NCBI GenBank assembly: GCA_028717685.1
Contig: JAQUNI010000001.1
Span: 54,306-118,305 of the forward strand
DNA: 64,000 nucleotides
Direction of reading: 5' to 3'
From: Patescibacteria group bacterium
GTDB taxonomy: Bacteria > Patescibacteriota > JAQUNI01
The position numbers and the translations under genes are program-made. Below, piece after piece: positions 46,368-55,294 of the stretch; the stretch's first letter is position 1; every line of letters begins with the position of its first letter. The notes beneath the pieces were generated by a model. It was not told the origin of the DNA. It worked only from the letters and a program-made list of their open reading frames with translations, and ran no database searches.

Positions 46368-46994
46368 TTAACGCGAATAGTACTCCACAATCAACGCCAT
46401 ATCCACGGAATGATCGACATCTCTGCGACCTGGTTTTCTTAAAACTGTAATTACCTTAGTTTTAGGCTCTACAGAAAGCCACGTTACGGGTGCTTCCACA
46501 GGCAAATCAAGTTCTTTAAAATACTTATTATTTTGCGCCCTGGGAATTAAGGCAATCTTATCCTTCTCCTTCACCTCATAAGAGGGGATATTAACTTTTT
46601 TACCGTTGACTACAAAAAATTCATGATTCACTAATTGCCTCGCCTGCTGACGCGAACGAGCTAATTGCGCCCGATAAACGACATTGTCCAATCTGGATTC
46701 TAAAATTTGAAACAAAATATCGCCGGTAACTCCTTTTTTTTGACTTGCCACTTTATAATAGCGGCGGAATTGCCGTTCCAGAATACCATAAAGACGGCGC
46801 AGTTTCTGTTTCTCGCGCAAATGAAGACCATATTCGGATAGCCTGGCATTAAAGGCTTTAGGGCCTGTCCTGCCAGGAATATAATTTTTGCGCACCATCG
46901 CGCATTTAGGACTAAGACACCGCCCACCCTTTAAAAAAAGTCTTATTCCTTCACGGCGACAAAGGCGACATTTAGGACCTATTAATTTAGCCAT
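46368..46994 (-). CDS. rpsD: 30S ribosomal protein S4
   Basis: 208 aa with CRLCRREG and an S4 RNA-binding domain. Confidence 0.95.
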   Translation of the reverse strand: MAKLIGPKCRLCRREGIRLFLKGGRCLSPKCAMVRKNYIPGRTGPKAFNARLSEYGLHLREKQKLRRLYGILERQFRRYYKVASQKKGVTGDILFQILESRLDNVVYRAQLARSRQQARQLVNHEFFVVNGKKVNIPSYEVKEKDKIALIPRAQNNKYFKELDLPVEAPVTWLSVEPKTKVITVLRKPGRRDVDHSVDMALIVEYYSR

Positions 46995-46999
46995 AAATT

Positions 47000-47097
47000 C
47001 GGAATTAGGAATAGGGAATTATGAATCATGAATCAGAAATTAGGAAGCGAGGAAAAAAGCTGTTCATCTTTATTCCTGATTCCTGATTCCCACTTCC
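47000..47097. repeat. heptamer-array hairpin in the rpsK/rpsD spacer (ggaatta/gaatcat versus attcctg)
   Basis: The left purine-rich array and right array ctttattcctgattcctgattccc are imperfectly complementary, about 16/20. The core gaaaaaagctgttcatctttattcct is shared with 47598-47635. Confidence 0.65.
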
Positions 47098-47102
47098 TTT
47101 AG

Positions 47103-47561
47103 TTATACTCTTCTTGCTTTGCGCGGCCGACAACCATTGTGAGGAATAGGCGTAACATCCTGAATAGATAGAATAGTTAAACCGTTGGCCGCAAGTGCTC
47201 TCACTGCCGATTCACGCCCCGACCCAATCCCGTTTAAGAAAACGTCCACCTTTTCTAAACCATAAATCTGTGATTTTTCGCAAGCGCTTTGAGCTACTTT
47301 AGAAGCGGCATAAGGCGTGGATTTCTTTGCTCCCCTGAATCCCAAGCGTCCAGCAGAACCTTGGGCAATCACATTACCATGCAAATCGGTCAAACTAATA
47401 ATAGTATTATTATAAGTAGCATAAATGTGTGCTTGACCTTGCGGCACGTATTTCCGAATTTTCTTGCGTTTTCCCTCGGGTTTCGCCTCGCCCGTTTTGG
47501 CTTTCTGCTCTGTATCGTAATCCGCATTAGATTCAATTGTTTTAATCTTCTTTTTGCCCAT
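47103..47561 (-). CDS. rpsK: 30S ribosomal protein S11
   Basis: 152 aa with AHIYATYNNTIISLTD and PHNGCRPRKARRV. Confidence 0.95.
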   Translation of the reverse strand: MGKKKIKTIESNADYDTEQKAKTGEAKPEGKRKKIRKYVPQGQAHIYATYNNTIISLTDLHGNVIAQGSAGRLGFRGAKKSTPYAASKVAQSACEKSQIYGLEKVDVFLNGIGSGRESAVRALAANGLTILSIQDVTPIPHNGCRPRKARRV

Positions 47562-47565
47562 AATG

Positions 47566-47642
47566 TTGGAATTAGGAATTGTGAATCAGGAATTAGGAAA
47601 GAAGAAAAAAGGCTATTCATCTTTATTCCTTATTCAGATTTT
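47566..47642. repeat. heptamer-array hairpin in the rpsM/rpsK spacer
   Basis: ggaatta ggaattg tgaatca ggaatta ggaaag lies opposite ctttattccttattcag. The conserved core is as in 47051-47080. Confidence 0.6.
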
Positions 47643-48030
47643 ATGTTTTTTCTGACGCCGACCTGCGACCGCTGCCTGCTGTTTTACGGACATTGCCCCG
47701 CACTGTCCGAGAGTTGGTGCGGGTACGTTGACCGCGGGCAGGAAGATTCTTCGCGTGCCGCGAGCCCCTATAACTTCCAATTTCTTTAAGACGTTTAATA
47801 TTGGTGGCGACTATCCTTCTTAAATCCCCTTCCACCTTATATTTTTTTTCAATAATATCCCGGAGCCTCCCTTCTTCTTCACTCGTCAGGAGAGACACAT
47901 GTTTATCGACATCCACCCGCGCCTCCACTAAAATTTTTCTAGCCAAAGATTGCCCTATGCCATAAATATAGGTTAAACCAATCTCTATTCTCTTATTGGG
48001 AGGTAAAATAACCCCTGCGATGCGAGCCAT
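47641..48030 (-). CDS. rpsM: 30S ribosomal protein S13
   Basis: 129 aa with MARIAGV and [17 protein letters not shown]. Confidence 0.95.
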   Translation of the reverse strand: MARIAGVILPPNKRIEIGLTYIYGIGQSLARKILVEARVDVDKHVSLLTSEEEGRLRDIIEKKYKVEGDLRRIVATNIKRLKEIGSYRGSRHAKNLPARGQRTRTNSRTVRGNVRKTAGSGRRSASEKT

Positions 48031-48036
48031 AAAATT

Positions 48037-48130
48037 GGAATTGTGAATTATGAATTATGAATTATGAAATTTGACAGCACATTCTTAATTTTAGATTTTC
48101 GCGATTCGTAATTCGTAATTCTAGATTCGG
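48037..48130. repeat. paired heptamer arrays in the rpmJ/rpsM spacer (tgaatta x3 versus gtaattc x2)
   Basis: 48037-48071 reads ggaattg tgaatta tgaatta tgaatta tgaaatt. 48101-48130 reads gcgattc gtaattc gtaattc tagattc. They are complementary except for one position per word. Confidence 0.6.
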
Positions 48131-48132
48131 TG

Positions 48133-48246
48133 TTAGCCTTGCCTTTGTTTATGTTTGGGATTTTCACAAATCACAAAAACCCGTCCCCTCCGCCGGACAA
48201 TTTTACATTTTTTGCAAATCTTTTTTACAGAAGGTCTGACTTTCAT
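48133..48246 (-). CDS. rpmJ: 50S ribosomal protein L36
   Basis: Too short for the ORF track. The minus strand translates to [37 protein letters not shown] (37 aa). It holds the conserved position between infA and rpsM. Confidence 0.9.
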   Translation of the reverse strand: MKVRPSVKKICKKCKIVRRRGRVFVICENPKHKQRQG

Positions 48247-48261
48247 AATCCAAAATTATTA

Positions 48262-48310
48262 ACTCTTCGGCAAAGTTCAGGCCGTTCAGGTCGTTCAGAC
48301 TCCGAAGAGT
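48262..48310. repeat. hairpin with internal gttcag repeats in the infA/rpmJ spacer
   Basis: Perfect 9-bp stem actcttcgg / ccgaagagt encloses agttcag gccgttcag gtcgttcag. Confidence 0.65.
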
Positions 48311-48364
48311 CTTCAGACTCAAGGAGCTCTGAAAAGGTACTGAACAAAGTCGAAGCATTAAAGA

Positions 48365-48631
48365 CTATAATGATCGATAAACGATGCGGCCGAGGGAAAG
48401 ATCATAAGGACTTAATTCCACGCGAACCCTGTCACCCGGCATAATCCGAATCTTGTTCAGCCGCATTTTACCGGAGAGATGTGCTAAAATCTCATGGCCG
48501 TTTTCCAGTTTCACCTTAAAGGTCGTAGATGGCAAAACTTCGGAAACTTTCCCCTCCATTTCAATTACATCTTTTCTGGACATCCTGCCGGAAAACACAG
48601 GATTATTTTTAGTCTTCTTGAACTTAATCAT
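48365..48631 (-). CDS. infA: translation initiation factor IF-1
   Basis: 88 aa with an S1-like core [35 protein letters not shown]. It has an N-terminal extension of about 18 aa if the first ATG is used. Confidence 0.9.
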   Translation of the reverse strand: MIKFKKTKNNPVFSGRMSRKDVIEMEGKVSEVLPSTTFKVKLENGHEILAHLSGKMRLNKIRIMPGDRVRVELSPYDLSLGRIVYRSL

Positions 48632-48738
48632 AGGAAATAAAACCCCTTGAAAATCTTACTTAATGTAACATAAAATACTAAAAAAAACAAGGATTTCTGC
48701 TAAACCCGATTTACCCTGCGTGATAAACCCCGTTAGAT

Positions 48739-48764
48739 CCCGTTAGAAATATATTTCTAACGGG
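48739..48764. repeat. CCCGTTAGAAATA perfect palindrome
   Basis: cccgttagaaata|tatttctaacggg is a 26-nt perfect palindrome, preceded by a partial duplicate aaccccgttagatc. Confidence 0.85.
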
Positions 48765-48931
48765 GCCACGCGTAGTTTAAAAACCACGCTCAAGGTGTTT
48801 TTATATTATATAACCAAAGACACTAAAGAAGCAATACCTCCCAAAGAAATATGACGAAATCCTTATCTCGCGGAGACAAATGCCTTTTAAATATTCTAAC
48901 ATTACAACTTCTTAAATTTACCAACTATTCT

Positions 48932-50686
48932 TTAGGGAAGGGCGCTTAAAACTTGAACTTCTATCTTTTTCTCCAAGGCAGGAACCTTTCGAACCCAAAA
49001 TGGCCAAAGGCGAATATCTACCTGCCGTACCTCCGCAAGCGATTGCAGATATTTTTGAGCCGCTTCTTTGTTTAAATTGACAATCTTTTCCTTAACCTTC
49101 CCCTCGTCAATTTTCCAAAATACCTCCTTTTCTATATGCACCGTCATTAGGGCTTTTTTTTCATTTAAATCAACGCTCTCTAACTTATAACTTACCCCCT
49201 CTTCAGAAAGATTAAGGATATATTTATCGGTTCCCAAAAGACTACTTACCGCGCGCAAGGCCGCATCCCGAGCCTCTTCTTGGGAAAAAATGAGCGCCCT
49301 CATTTGAATTTTAACGACGGTCTCAAATGTATCCGCTTCCTCGTCAACCTTCTTACTGTGTTTCACTTCCGAAACCTCGCTAATAAGCGCCCCCTCGGAT
49401 AAGGTAAACCCAGCAGGGAGATTATTATTAATTTCTGCGCGGGCGCTAGACGTGAGACTCTCAGTAATCGCTTTTTGCGCTTCCTCTAAATCCTTTTGGG
49501 TTACTATTTCTATATCGCGCGAAATTCCACCGACGAATGGATTACTGCTCTTCGCATAAATCTTCTCTTGTTTAGCGGGCGAAAAGGCCACGATGTAAAA
49601 ATCCGATGGTCCGATATTGCCTTCGGGACCAGCCTGATCCGCTACCACGCCGACCTTCACGCTGCCCGGAATCACCTTGCCTTCGCCAGAAACTGACGCA
49701 GGAGGAATAGTCACCTGACTTTCTGTCCGAAATAAAATATTTTCTCGCGACATTAAACGAGTAGTGGGCACAAGGAGCTGACTCACGCCCAATTCATTAT
49801 AAAGGATGACCTCTCCCCGCGCTTTTTCTAAAACCTGTTTCTTTCCCGTAGGTTTAAAAATTCGCGTTTCCTGTTTTTCCAAAGTAATGATCCGCCCGCT
49901 AATGCCCTCTTTTGAATTATCCGTTGCAGGGACGTCAGCTTTCACGACAAGGCTCACGTTCTCGCTCAAAGGTTCACTCTTGGGCACAATCGTAACCGTT
50001 GCCTTTGGTAAAATCAAAAAAATAATCACTAAAATCAGAAAAAAGCTAAAGCCGATAAATCCTAAACCCACTTTTGCCGAAAGAGAGGAAAGCCTTGTTG
50101 TTTTTCGTTTAGATCTCTTCTTTATCCTCCCTCTGTATTCTCTTTCGGGAGAAGGGTCCGGCGGGCGGGAAGAATCAGATTCCACAGGCGACGACCTCCG
50201 CCTTGGATCGGCGAGACTAGTCTGCCCAGAGGAAGAATCTTGCCGTAAAGGGTAAAACTTATTGCTCTTGGCACGGCGAATAATATCAGACACAGAGACC
50301 GCGGCCACGCCATCAGGGGACAAAAATGGATTGGCGGCTCGCGGAGAAGATTGACGCCAATCTTCTCTTTGCGGGATTGGATTTCCCATCTTCGTCTCTT
50401 GCGGCTTTTCAATCTCCGTAGTCAAGACTGCTTGGTTGCCTACTTTTTCTCGGACTTCTAAGCCGGCGCGAGTAGCCAGATGCTTCCCCAGTTGATCGGC
50501 GGTAACAATAATAATCTTTCGGCCTAAAATGTCACCCTGGCTTTTTAAAAGCTTCAGATTGATGAAACTTTGCGAGAGGAGAGCCCTTTGAGGAATTACC
50601 AAAATAATCTCTCTATCGGTAATCTTCCGAATCCGATCAATTACGCTCGTAATCTCTTCATCAATATCAATGTAAATGGTTTTCAT
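48932..50686 (-). CDS. hypothetical bitopic membrane protein (structured N-domain, Pro/Ser/Arg-rich linker, TM, large C-terminal domain)
   Basis: The start is taken at the first ATG (MKTIYIDIDEEITSVIDRIR); the ORF track extends to a TTG at 50707. The TM is LGFIGFSFFLILVIIFLILP. No family recognised. Confidence 0.65.
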   Translation of the reverse strand: MKTIYIDIDEEITSVIDRIRKITDREIILVIPQRALLSQSFINLKLLKSQGDILGRKIIIVTADQLGKHLATRAGLEVREKVGNQAVLTTEIEKPQETKMGNPIPQREDWRQSSPRAANPFLSPDGVAAVSVSDIIRRAKSNKFYPLRQDSSSGQTSLADPRRRSSPVESDSSRPPDPSPEREYRGRIKKRSKRKTTRLSSLSAKVGLGFIGFSFFLILVIIFLILPKATVTIVPKSEPLSENVSLVVKADVPATDNSKEGISGRIITLEKQETRIFKPTGKKQVLEKARGEVILYNELGVSQLLVPTTRLMSRENILFRTESQVTIPPASVSGEGKVIPGSVKVGVVADQAGPEGNIGPSDFYIVAFSPAKQEKIYAKSSNPFVGGISRDIEIVTQKDLEEAQKAITESLTSSARAEINNNLPAGFTLSEGALISEVSEVKHSKKVDEEADTFETVVKIQMRALIFSQEEARDAALRAVSSLLGTDKYILNLSEEGVSYKLESVDLNEKKALMTVHIEKEVFWKIDEGKVKEKIVNLNKEAAQKYLQSLAEVRQVDIRLWPFWVRKVPALEKKIEVQVLSALP

Positions 50687-50736
50687 AATAATAAACTCAA
50701 AGCTCAAATGTCAAAACTCAAAACTACAGGTCAAAA
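50687..50736. repeat. tandem heptamer array (aaactca aagctca aatgtca aaactca aaactac aggtcaa)
   Basis: Period-7 array filling the spacer between ORF 50737-51096 and ORF 48932-50686. Confidence 0.65.
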
Positions 50737-51096
50737 CTAAAAATTTTTCTTTTTATATTTTTTTAAAAGTTGATTTAATATTTTCAATAAAGGTTTTCGC
50801 CAATCATCTTCTAACTGAGATTTGATGAGTTGCACTAATATCTTATCTCCTGAAGTCAGATGCAATTTTTCCAACTTTTTACATTGAGCTAAAATTTCAA
50901 AATCAATATCGGTGGCTAAAACATATTTGCTTTTCTCTAATGGGGTTAACTGAAACTGCTTTGTCAATCTCTGTTTTCTTCTTTGAAGTAATTCCTGATA
51001 ATGCCTATCTTCTTTTAAAACTTTTCTTAATTTATATCCCTGATATCCTAGATTCAGATAAAAATCTTCAATCGCTTGCATTGATTTCTCTTGCAT
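50737..51096 (-). CDS. hypothetical helical protein
   Basis: 119 aa, predicted all-alpha by composition. It is bracketed by heptamer arrays (50687-50736 and 51097-51118). No family motif recognised. Confidence 0.55.
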   Translation of the reverse strand: MQEKSMQAIEDFYLNLGYQGYKLRKVLKEDRHYQELLQRRKQRLTKQFQLTPLEKSKYVLATDIDFEILAQCKKLEKLHLTSGDKILVQLIKSQLEDDWRKPLLKILNQLLKKYKKKNF

Positions 51097-51118
51097 AACT
51101 TTTAACTTTTAACTTATC
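51097..51118. repeat. tandem heptamer array (aactttt aactttt aacttat)
   Basis: It fills the 22-nt spacer between the ftsA stop and the ORF 50737-51096 start. Confidence 0.65.
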
Positions 51119-52381
51119 TCATGTTTGCATCATCCTCACCACGCGCCTTAAAATGCCGCCCATCGCCCCTTCCTCGCCAGCTAAATCCAGAGCCAAGTTT
51201 GCGAGCGCCATTGGCGTCACATCTTGAGTCTGGGTGAGTTTCCCGGTTTGATCCACAATATTTACCACTTCCTCCGGTTTAATAAAACTTACTTGCGGCA
51301 GTTTGGCAAAAGCTAAATCTTCTGACCAGCGAGGATTCACAATACTCGCTTTGATTTCCGGCAAGAGAGAGCCGCCGCCGCAAAGCAGAATCCGCGAAGG
51401 CAATAAATCAGATTCAGTAAACTCTGATAAAGCGAGTTCCAAACCCGACATCCAGACTCGCGTATCGCCGGCCAAAACTTCTTTAACGCGATTGAGCTCT
51501 CTTATATCTAACTGACCTAAGGAATATTTGATTTTTAATTCCTCTGCCTCGGGCAATCCTATCCCTAATTCTTGAGAGATTCTTTTGGTAAAAGCGCGTC
51601 CGCCGAGGGCGAACATTTTGGTCCCCTCCACACCTCCATTGCGCACGACCGCGATATCCGTCGTCCCGCCGCCTACATCAAGAAAAATAGCGGAAAATTC
51701 CGGCGCGTCTTCAAGCCCCAAGGAACGCGCCACGGCGTAAGGCTCGGCGGCGATAGAGAGTAAATCTAAATCTAATTCCGCGGCAATAGTCTGAAGCGCG
51801 CCCAAGTGCACTAAAGGGGCGTAAGCATTGAAGATGCCAATAGAGACATCTTTGCCTTGAAAACCCAAAGGATTAGTCACCCTGTAGCCATCAATCCTGA
51901 CATCCACAATCGCCGCGTTAATCAATTTCACGTCAATCTCCGCGTGCCCTGTTTCCCAAGCAAGCTGCTTCCTTACTTTATCAAAAGCTTTCCATTGCAC
52001 CTTATGCAGAATATTCTTTAATTCCGGCATATCAATCTTGGTTTTAGGCTTCAATCTTTCATAATGCACGGTCGTTGTGGACCCTTTAACAAGTTCGCCA
52101 GCAATACCCAAAATAACCTGCGTGGGGCGAAAACCCACTTCCTTCTCCGCTTCCCGGATCGCTTTCTCGCAGGTAGTGACGACGCCGGCAATATCCGTCA
52201 CCGCGCCTGATTGCATGTCGCCGAAAGCCTGATTCGCGCGACCCACTCCACCAACATAACCTTTACCCTCTTTAGAATCTACCTTGAAAATCAAAGCCTT
52301 TACTACCGCTGTCCCGATATCCAAAGCAAGAGCGTAATGGTTCTTTTCCTTTCTTTTTTTTAATCTTGCCAATAATCCCAT
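51119..52381 (-). CDS. ftsA: cell division protein FtsA (actin-like ATPase)
   Basis: The start is taken at Met13 of ORF 51119-52417 (MGLLARLKK). ALDIGTAVVKA, DVGGGTTDIAV, and a C-terminal amphipathic tail GGILRRVVRMM. Confidence 0.8.
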   Translation of the reverse strand: MGLLARLKKRKEKNHYALALDIGTAVVKALIFKVDSKEGKGYVGGVGRANQAFGDMQSGAVTDIAGVVTTCEKAIREAEKEVGFRPTQVILGIAGELVKGSTTTVHYERLKPKTKIDMPELKNILHKVQWKAFDKVRKQLAWETGHAEIDVKLINAAIVDVRIDGYRVTNPLGFQGKDVSIGIFNAYAPLVHLGALQTIAAELDLDLLSIAAEPYAVARSLGLEDAPEFSAIFLDVGGGTTDIAVVRNGGVEGTKMFALGGRAFTKRISQELGIGLPEAEELKIKYSLGQLDIRELNRVKEVLAGDTRVWMSGLELALSEFTESDLLPSRILLCGGGSLLPEIKASIVNPRWSEDLAFAKLPQVSFIKPEEVVNIVDQTGKLTQTQDVTPMALANLALDLAGEEGAMGGILRRVVRMMQT

Positions 52382-52625
52382 AGTAATCCTCTTAAAAACC
52401 CAAAAATTTCCCCGCAAAATTAGGAGTTGATTTTTATTAACAGATGAGGTTTAAAATCGTTTATTTTTTTATTCAGGCGTTCCTCTCTACTTCATTTCTT
52501 TAAAAAATACAACATATCACAAAAAATATGACCTTCAGCGATAAAATATGTCTCGCCTCTTACTGAAATAATTATACAATTTTTGTCTTGATTTGACAAA
52601 TGTTTATCCACAAAGCCTTCTGCTA

Positions 52626-52654
52626 TTGACTTTTCCTGATTTTTATATTATATT
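52626..52654 (+). promoter_or_regulatory. sigma70-like promoter upstream of the RlpA-like gene
   Basis: TTGACT (52626-52631), a 17-nt spacer, then TATATT (52649-52654). It lies 43 nt upstream of the ATG at 52697, which has SD agggagg. Confidence 0.6.
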
Positions 52655-52696
52655 AAACACTCCCCAAAAACCGAAAAAATAGGGAGGAAAAACAGA

Positions 52697-53281
52697 ATGA
52701 TAAAAGTATGGCTTGTCCTTATTATTTCTATGTTGGCAGGGGTGCTCGTTTATCAACTCACACATCCCGCGATACCCATTACGCCTACGCAGAATTTGCC
52801 GACTCAACGGTCCGAGAAAAAAGAAAATGCGCGGAAAACAATTTTATGTCGTAACGTTCATTATACCATAACAACATCGCGCTTGCCCCGCAGCAAGATA
52901 ATGCAAATTAAAATTGAAGCGCTTGCCAGTTGGTATGGCGAAATATTCCACGGCAAAATAATGGCGAATGGCGAAAAATTTGATAAAAATAATTTCACTA
53001 TTGCCACGAATCTATCAAAAACCATTCTACCTTTAAACCAAAGGGTGACGGTGCAAAACCCGCGGACTAAAAAAGAAGTCATCGCCCGCGTGACCGATCG
53101 CGGACCGTGGGATTGTGCTATGGAGAATGGTAAAATAGAACTAGTATATCTGAATGAACATCTCGTGCCTCATCCCGAAAGAAAGTTTGACCTTTCCGAA
53201 AGGATGGCGCGCGAGTTAGGTTTTTGGGAAAAAGGGGTAGAGAAGATTATTATCCTCTTCTCCATACCCGCAGAGTCTTAA
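52697..53281 (+). CDS. RlpA-like double-psi beta-barrel protein
   Basis: 194 aa with an N-terminal TM/signal. DPBB motifs ASWYGEIFHGKIMANGEKF and RVTDRGPW. Confidence 0.8.
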   Translation: MIKVWLVLIISMLAGVLVYQLTHPAIPITPTQNLPTQRSEKKENARKTILCRNVHYTITTSRLPRSKIMQIKIEALASWYGEIFHGKIMANGEKFDKNNFTIATNLSKTILPLNQRVTVQNPRTKKEVIARVTDRGPWDCAMENGKIELVYLNEHLVPHPERKFDLSERMARELGFWEKGVEKIIILFSIPAES

Positions 53282-53296
53282 AAAAGACTCTTTTTT
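53272..53296 (+). terminator. Rho-independent terminator
   Basis: Stem agagtctt / aagactct with loop aaaa, followed by five T. The stop codon overlaps the stem-loop junction. Confidence 0.8.
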
Positions 53297-53464
53297 ATTT
53301 TATCTTTATCCCTTCGCCTTTTTAGAGAAGAATACTCCGCAGTCTCTGCGGAGTGATAGATTTATATATCAATCCATCAAACAGCTTATCCCCCATTCAA
53401 TCTTTGACAAAATTAATATTCAATTATATAGTATCATCAGAAACTTAAAAAAACAAAAAACCTT

Positions 53465-54166
53465 ATGGAAAAAACAAAAAAATCTCCAACTACCTCTCTT
53501 AAAACAGTCCTGACCTTCATCTTGTTATTGCTTATTACCGCCGTCTTAATTTGCGCTGGTTACTGGTATAAGGATAATAAGACGGATCAAACGCAAAAAT
53601 CCGCTCCCGCGCCAGCAGCAACAACAACCAAAAAAAATAATACAGGAGTCTGGAATACATATGTAAATCAGAGATTTAATTATTCCGTGCAGTATCCCCC
53701 TAAATTAATCTTAATGCCTCTTTCCGAGGGGGATAATCCCTTCACGGACGCTGTAGAAATAGGCGATGAGGGCACCTTCATCGTGGAAAAAACAGAAACA
53801 CCAGGCGAGACGGACAAAACAATGGTTGTTGAGGGCATCTATTTAAACGACCAGAATAAAAATCTCACCCTTAAAGAATTCGCAGAAACCCAAGGTTCAT
53901 TTATTAATCTCTGTCATGAAGATAGACCAGAAAAAACCCAAGAAGTAACCGCTAAAAACGGCGCTAAAGGAATTGAAGCCTGGTATTGGGTTAAAGAGGG
54001 ATGCGAGGGAGCAGAGGCAAGGAAGTTAAATGATCCCTATGTTTTCTTTGACGCGCGACCAACTAACGATGTGATCATTGAATTATATGAAGGTCAAATA
54101 GATGATGTATTTCCCGAAATCGTCTCCACCTTTACTTTTATTGAACCTCGTAACTACGGAGATTAA
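53465..54166 (+). CDS. hypothetical membrane-anchored protein
   Basis: 233 aa with an N-terminal TM (LKTVLTFILLLLITAVLICAGYWY), then a low-complexity linker and a globular region. No family recognised. Confidence 0.6.
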   Translation: MEKTKKSPTTSLKTVLTFILLLLITAVLICAGYWYKDNKTDQTQKSAPAPAATTTKKNNTGVWNTYVNQRFNYSVQYPPKLILMPLSEGDNPFTDAVEIGDEGTFIVEKTETPGETDKTMVVEGIYLNDQNKNLTLKEFAETQGSFINLCHEDRPEKTQEVTAKNGAKGIEAWYWVKEGCEGAEARKLNDPYVFFDARPTNDVIIELYEGQIDDVFPEIVSTFTFIEPRNYGD

Positions 54167-54375
54167 TCCTCGCCCCAATAATCTGAAACCGTAATATATC
54201 GCACTAAAAGAAACGATCGGCGTAAAACATAAGTTTAATTATCAAAAAGGCTTTAAAGCACCATAAATCCCGCGCCTTTGCGAGCGGAATAAAAAGACCT
54301 TGGAAGGTAAGGGATTTTTTGATACCTAACTTGCCTAACGGCAGGTATTCTTCTCTAAAAGGCACGAGATAAACC

Positions 54376-54402
54376 ATTCATCTCTAATGAATAGTTTTTT
54401 TT
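54376..54402 (+). terminator. plus-strand stem-loop with T8 tract, 210 nt downstream of the nearest plus-strand gene
   Basis: Stem attcat / atgaat with loop ctcta, then ag and eight T. Confidence 0.55.
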
Positions 54403-54407
54403 AAATT

Positions 54408-54432
54408 AAAAAACCTAGCAAAAAATGCTAGG
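54408..54432 (-). terminator. Rho-independent terminator for the nitroreductase operon
   Basis: The minus strand reads cctagca ttttt tgctagg tttttt, starting 6 nt after the stop of ORF 54438-54755. Confidence 0.8.
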
Positions 54433-54437
54433 GTAAT

Positions 54438-54755
54438 CTAAGAGATATCAAACACCTGAAAATCACTGCCTATGGCGACGAAGTAACCCGGACGACCGAA
54501 TTCTCCTGCCACTATTGTCCAAAACAAAGACCAAAGCAATAAAGATTGAGATGAACTTTGATGCCGCATACACAATGTGTATAGCGTTTTTGTGGACATC
54601 CCCAGGCTTTGCCGAGAATGACCGCCACCAAGCTCAGTCTCCAGAGCGGGAGGACTAATTATGTCTTCCTCTCTAATCGCATCATACTCGGCGAGTAGCG
54701 CGGATGGCAAATTATTTCGGATCAACTCCTTGTTATTGGTCTCGTTCTTTCCCAT
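54438..54755 (-). CDS. hypothetical protein
   Basis: The start is taken at Met17 of ORF 54438-54803 because gaaggagg lies 7 nt upstream (MGKNETNNK...). It is followed directly by a good terminator. No family recognised. Confidence 0.5.
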   Translation of the reverse strand: MGKNETNNKELIRNNLPSALLAEYDAIREEDIISPPALETELGGGHSRQSLGMSTKTLYTLCMRHQSSSQSLLLWSLFWTIVAGEFGRPGYFVAIGSDFQVFDIS

Positions 54756-54781
54756 ATGAAAACCTCCTTCACAAAAAGAAT

Positions 54782-55291
54782 CTAGCTGAACTTTTCCCAA
54801 CACACAATCTCTGTAATGTTCTTGCGCGGCTTTGCCGCTGGCGTTTCATCTGGAACGCCAATAGGTAAAAGGGCGACTATTTTATATTTCTCCGGCACTT
54901 TTAATATTGCTTCTACTTTCTTTTGATCAAAAGAGCCAATCCAGCAAGCGCCCAATCCTTCCGCGGTGGCTTGCAGCGCCATATGCTCCACGGCAATAGC
55001 CAAGTCTACCGCATAGGCGGGAACTTCGCAAGACATCAGGCTTTTAGGATTCAAAGCCACAGCCGCGATCACAACAGGCGCCTCGGCGATAAAACTTTGG
55101 TTGGCAACAATACTAATCTTCTTGCGAATCTCTGTGTTGCGCACCACAATAAATTTCCAATCCTGGGCATTATGCGCCGAAGGGGCGAGCCGTGCGGCTT
55201 CCAAAATTTTATTCAGTTTTTCTTCAGGCACAGGATCCGCTTTGTACCTTCGAATACTGCGCCGTTCGCGAATTGCTTGCGTAACATCCAT
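54782..55291 (-). CDS. nitroreductase family protein
   Basis: 169 aa with RRSIRRY and APSAHNAQDWKF. Confidence 0.9.
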   Translation of the reverse strand: MDVTQAIRERRSIRRYKADPVPEEKLNKILEAARLAPSAHNAQDWKFIVVRNTEIRKKISIVANQSFIAEAPVVIAAVALNPKSLMSCEVPAYAVDLAIAVEHMALQATAEGLGACWIGSFDQKKVEAILKVPEKYKIVALLPIGVPDETPAAKPRKNITEIVCWEKFS

Positions 55292-55294
55292 ATT

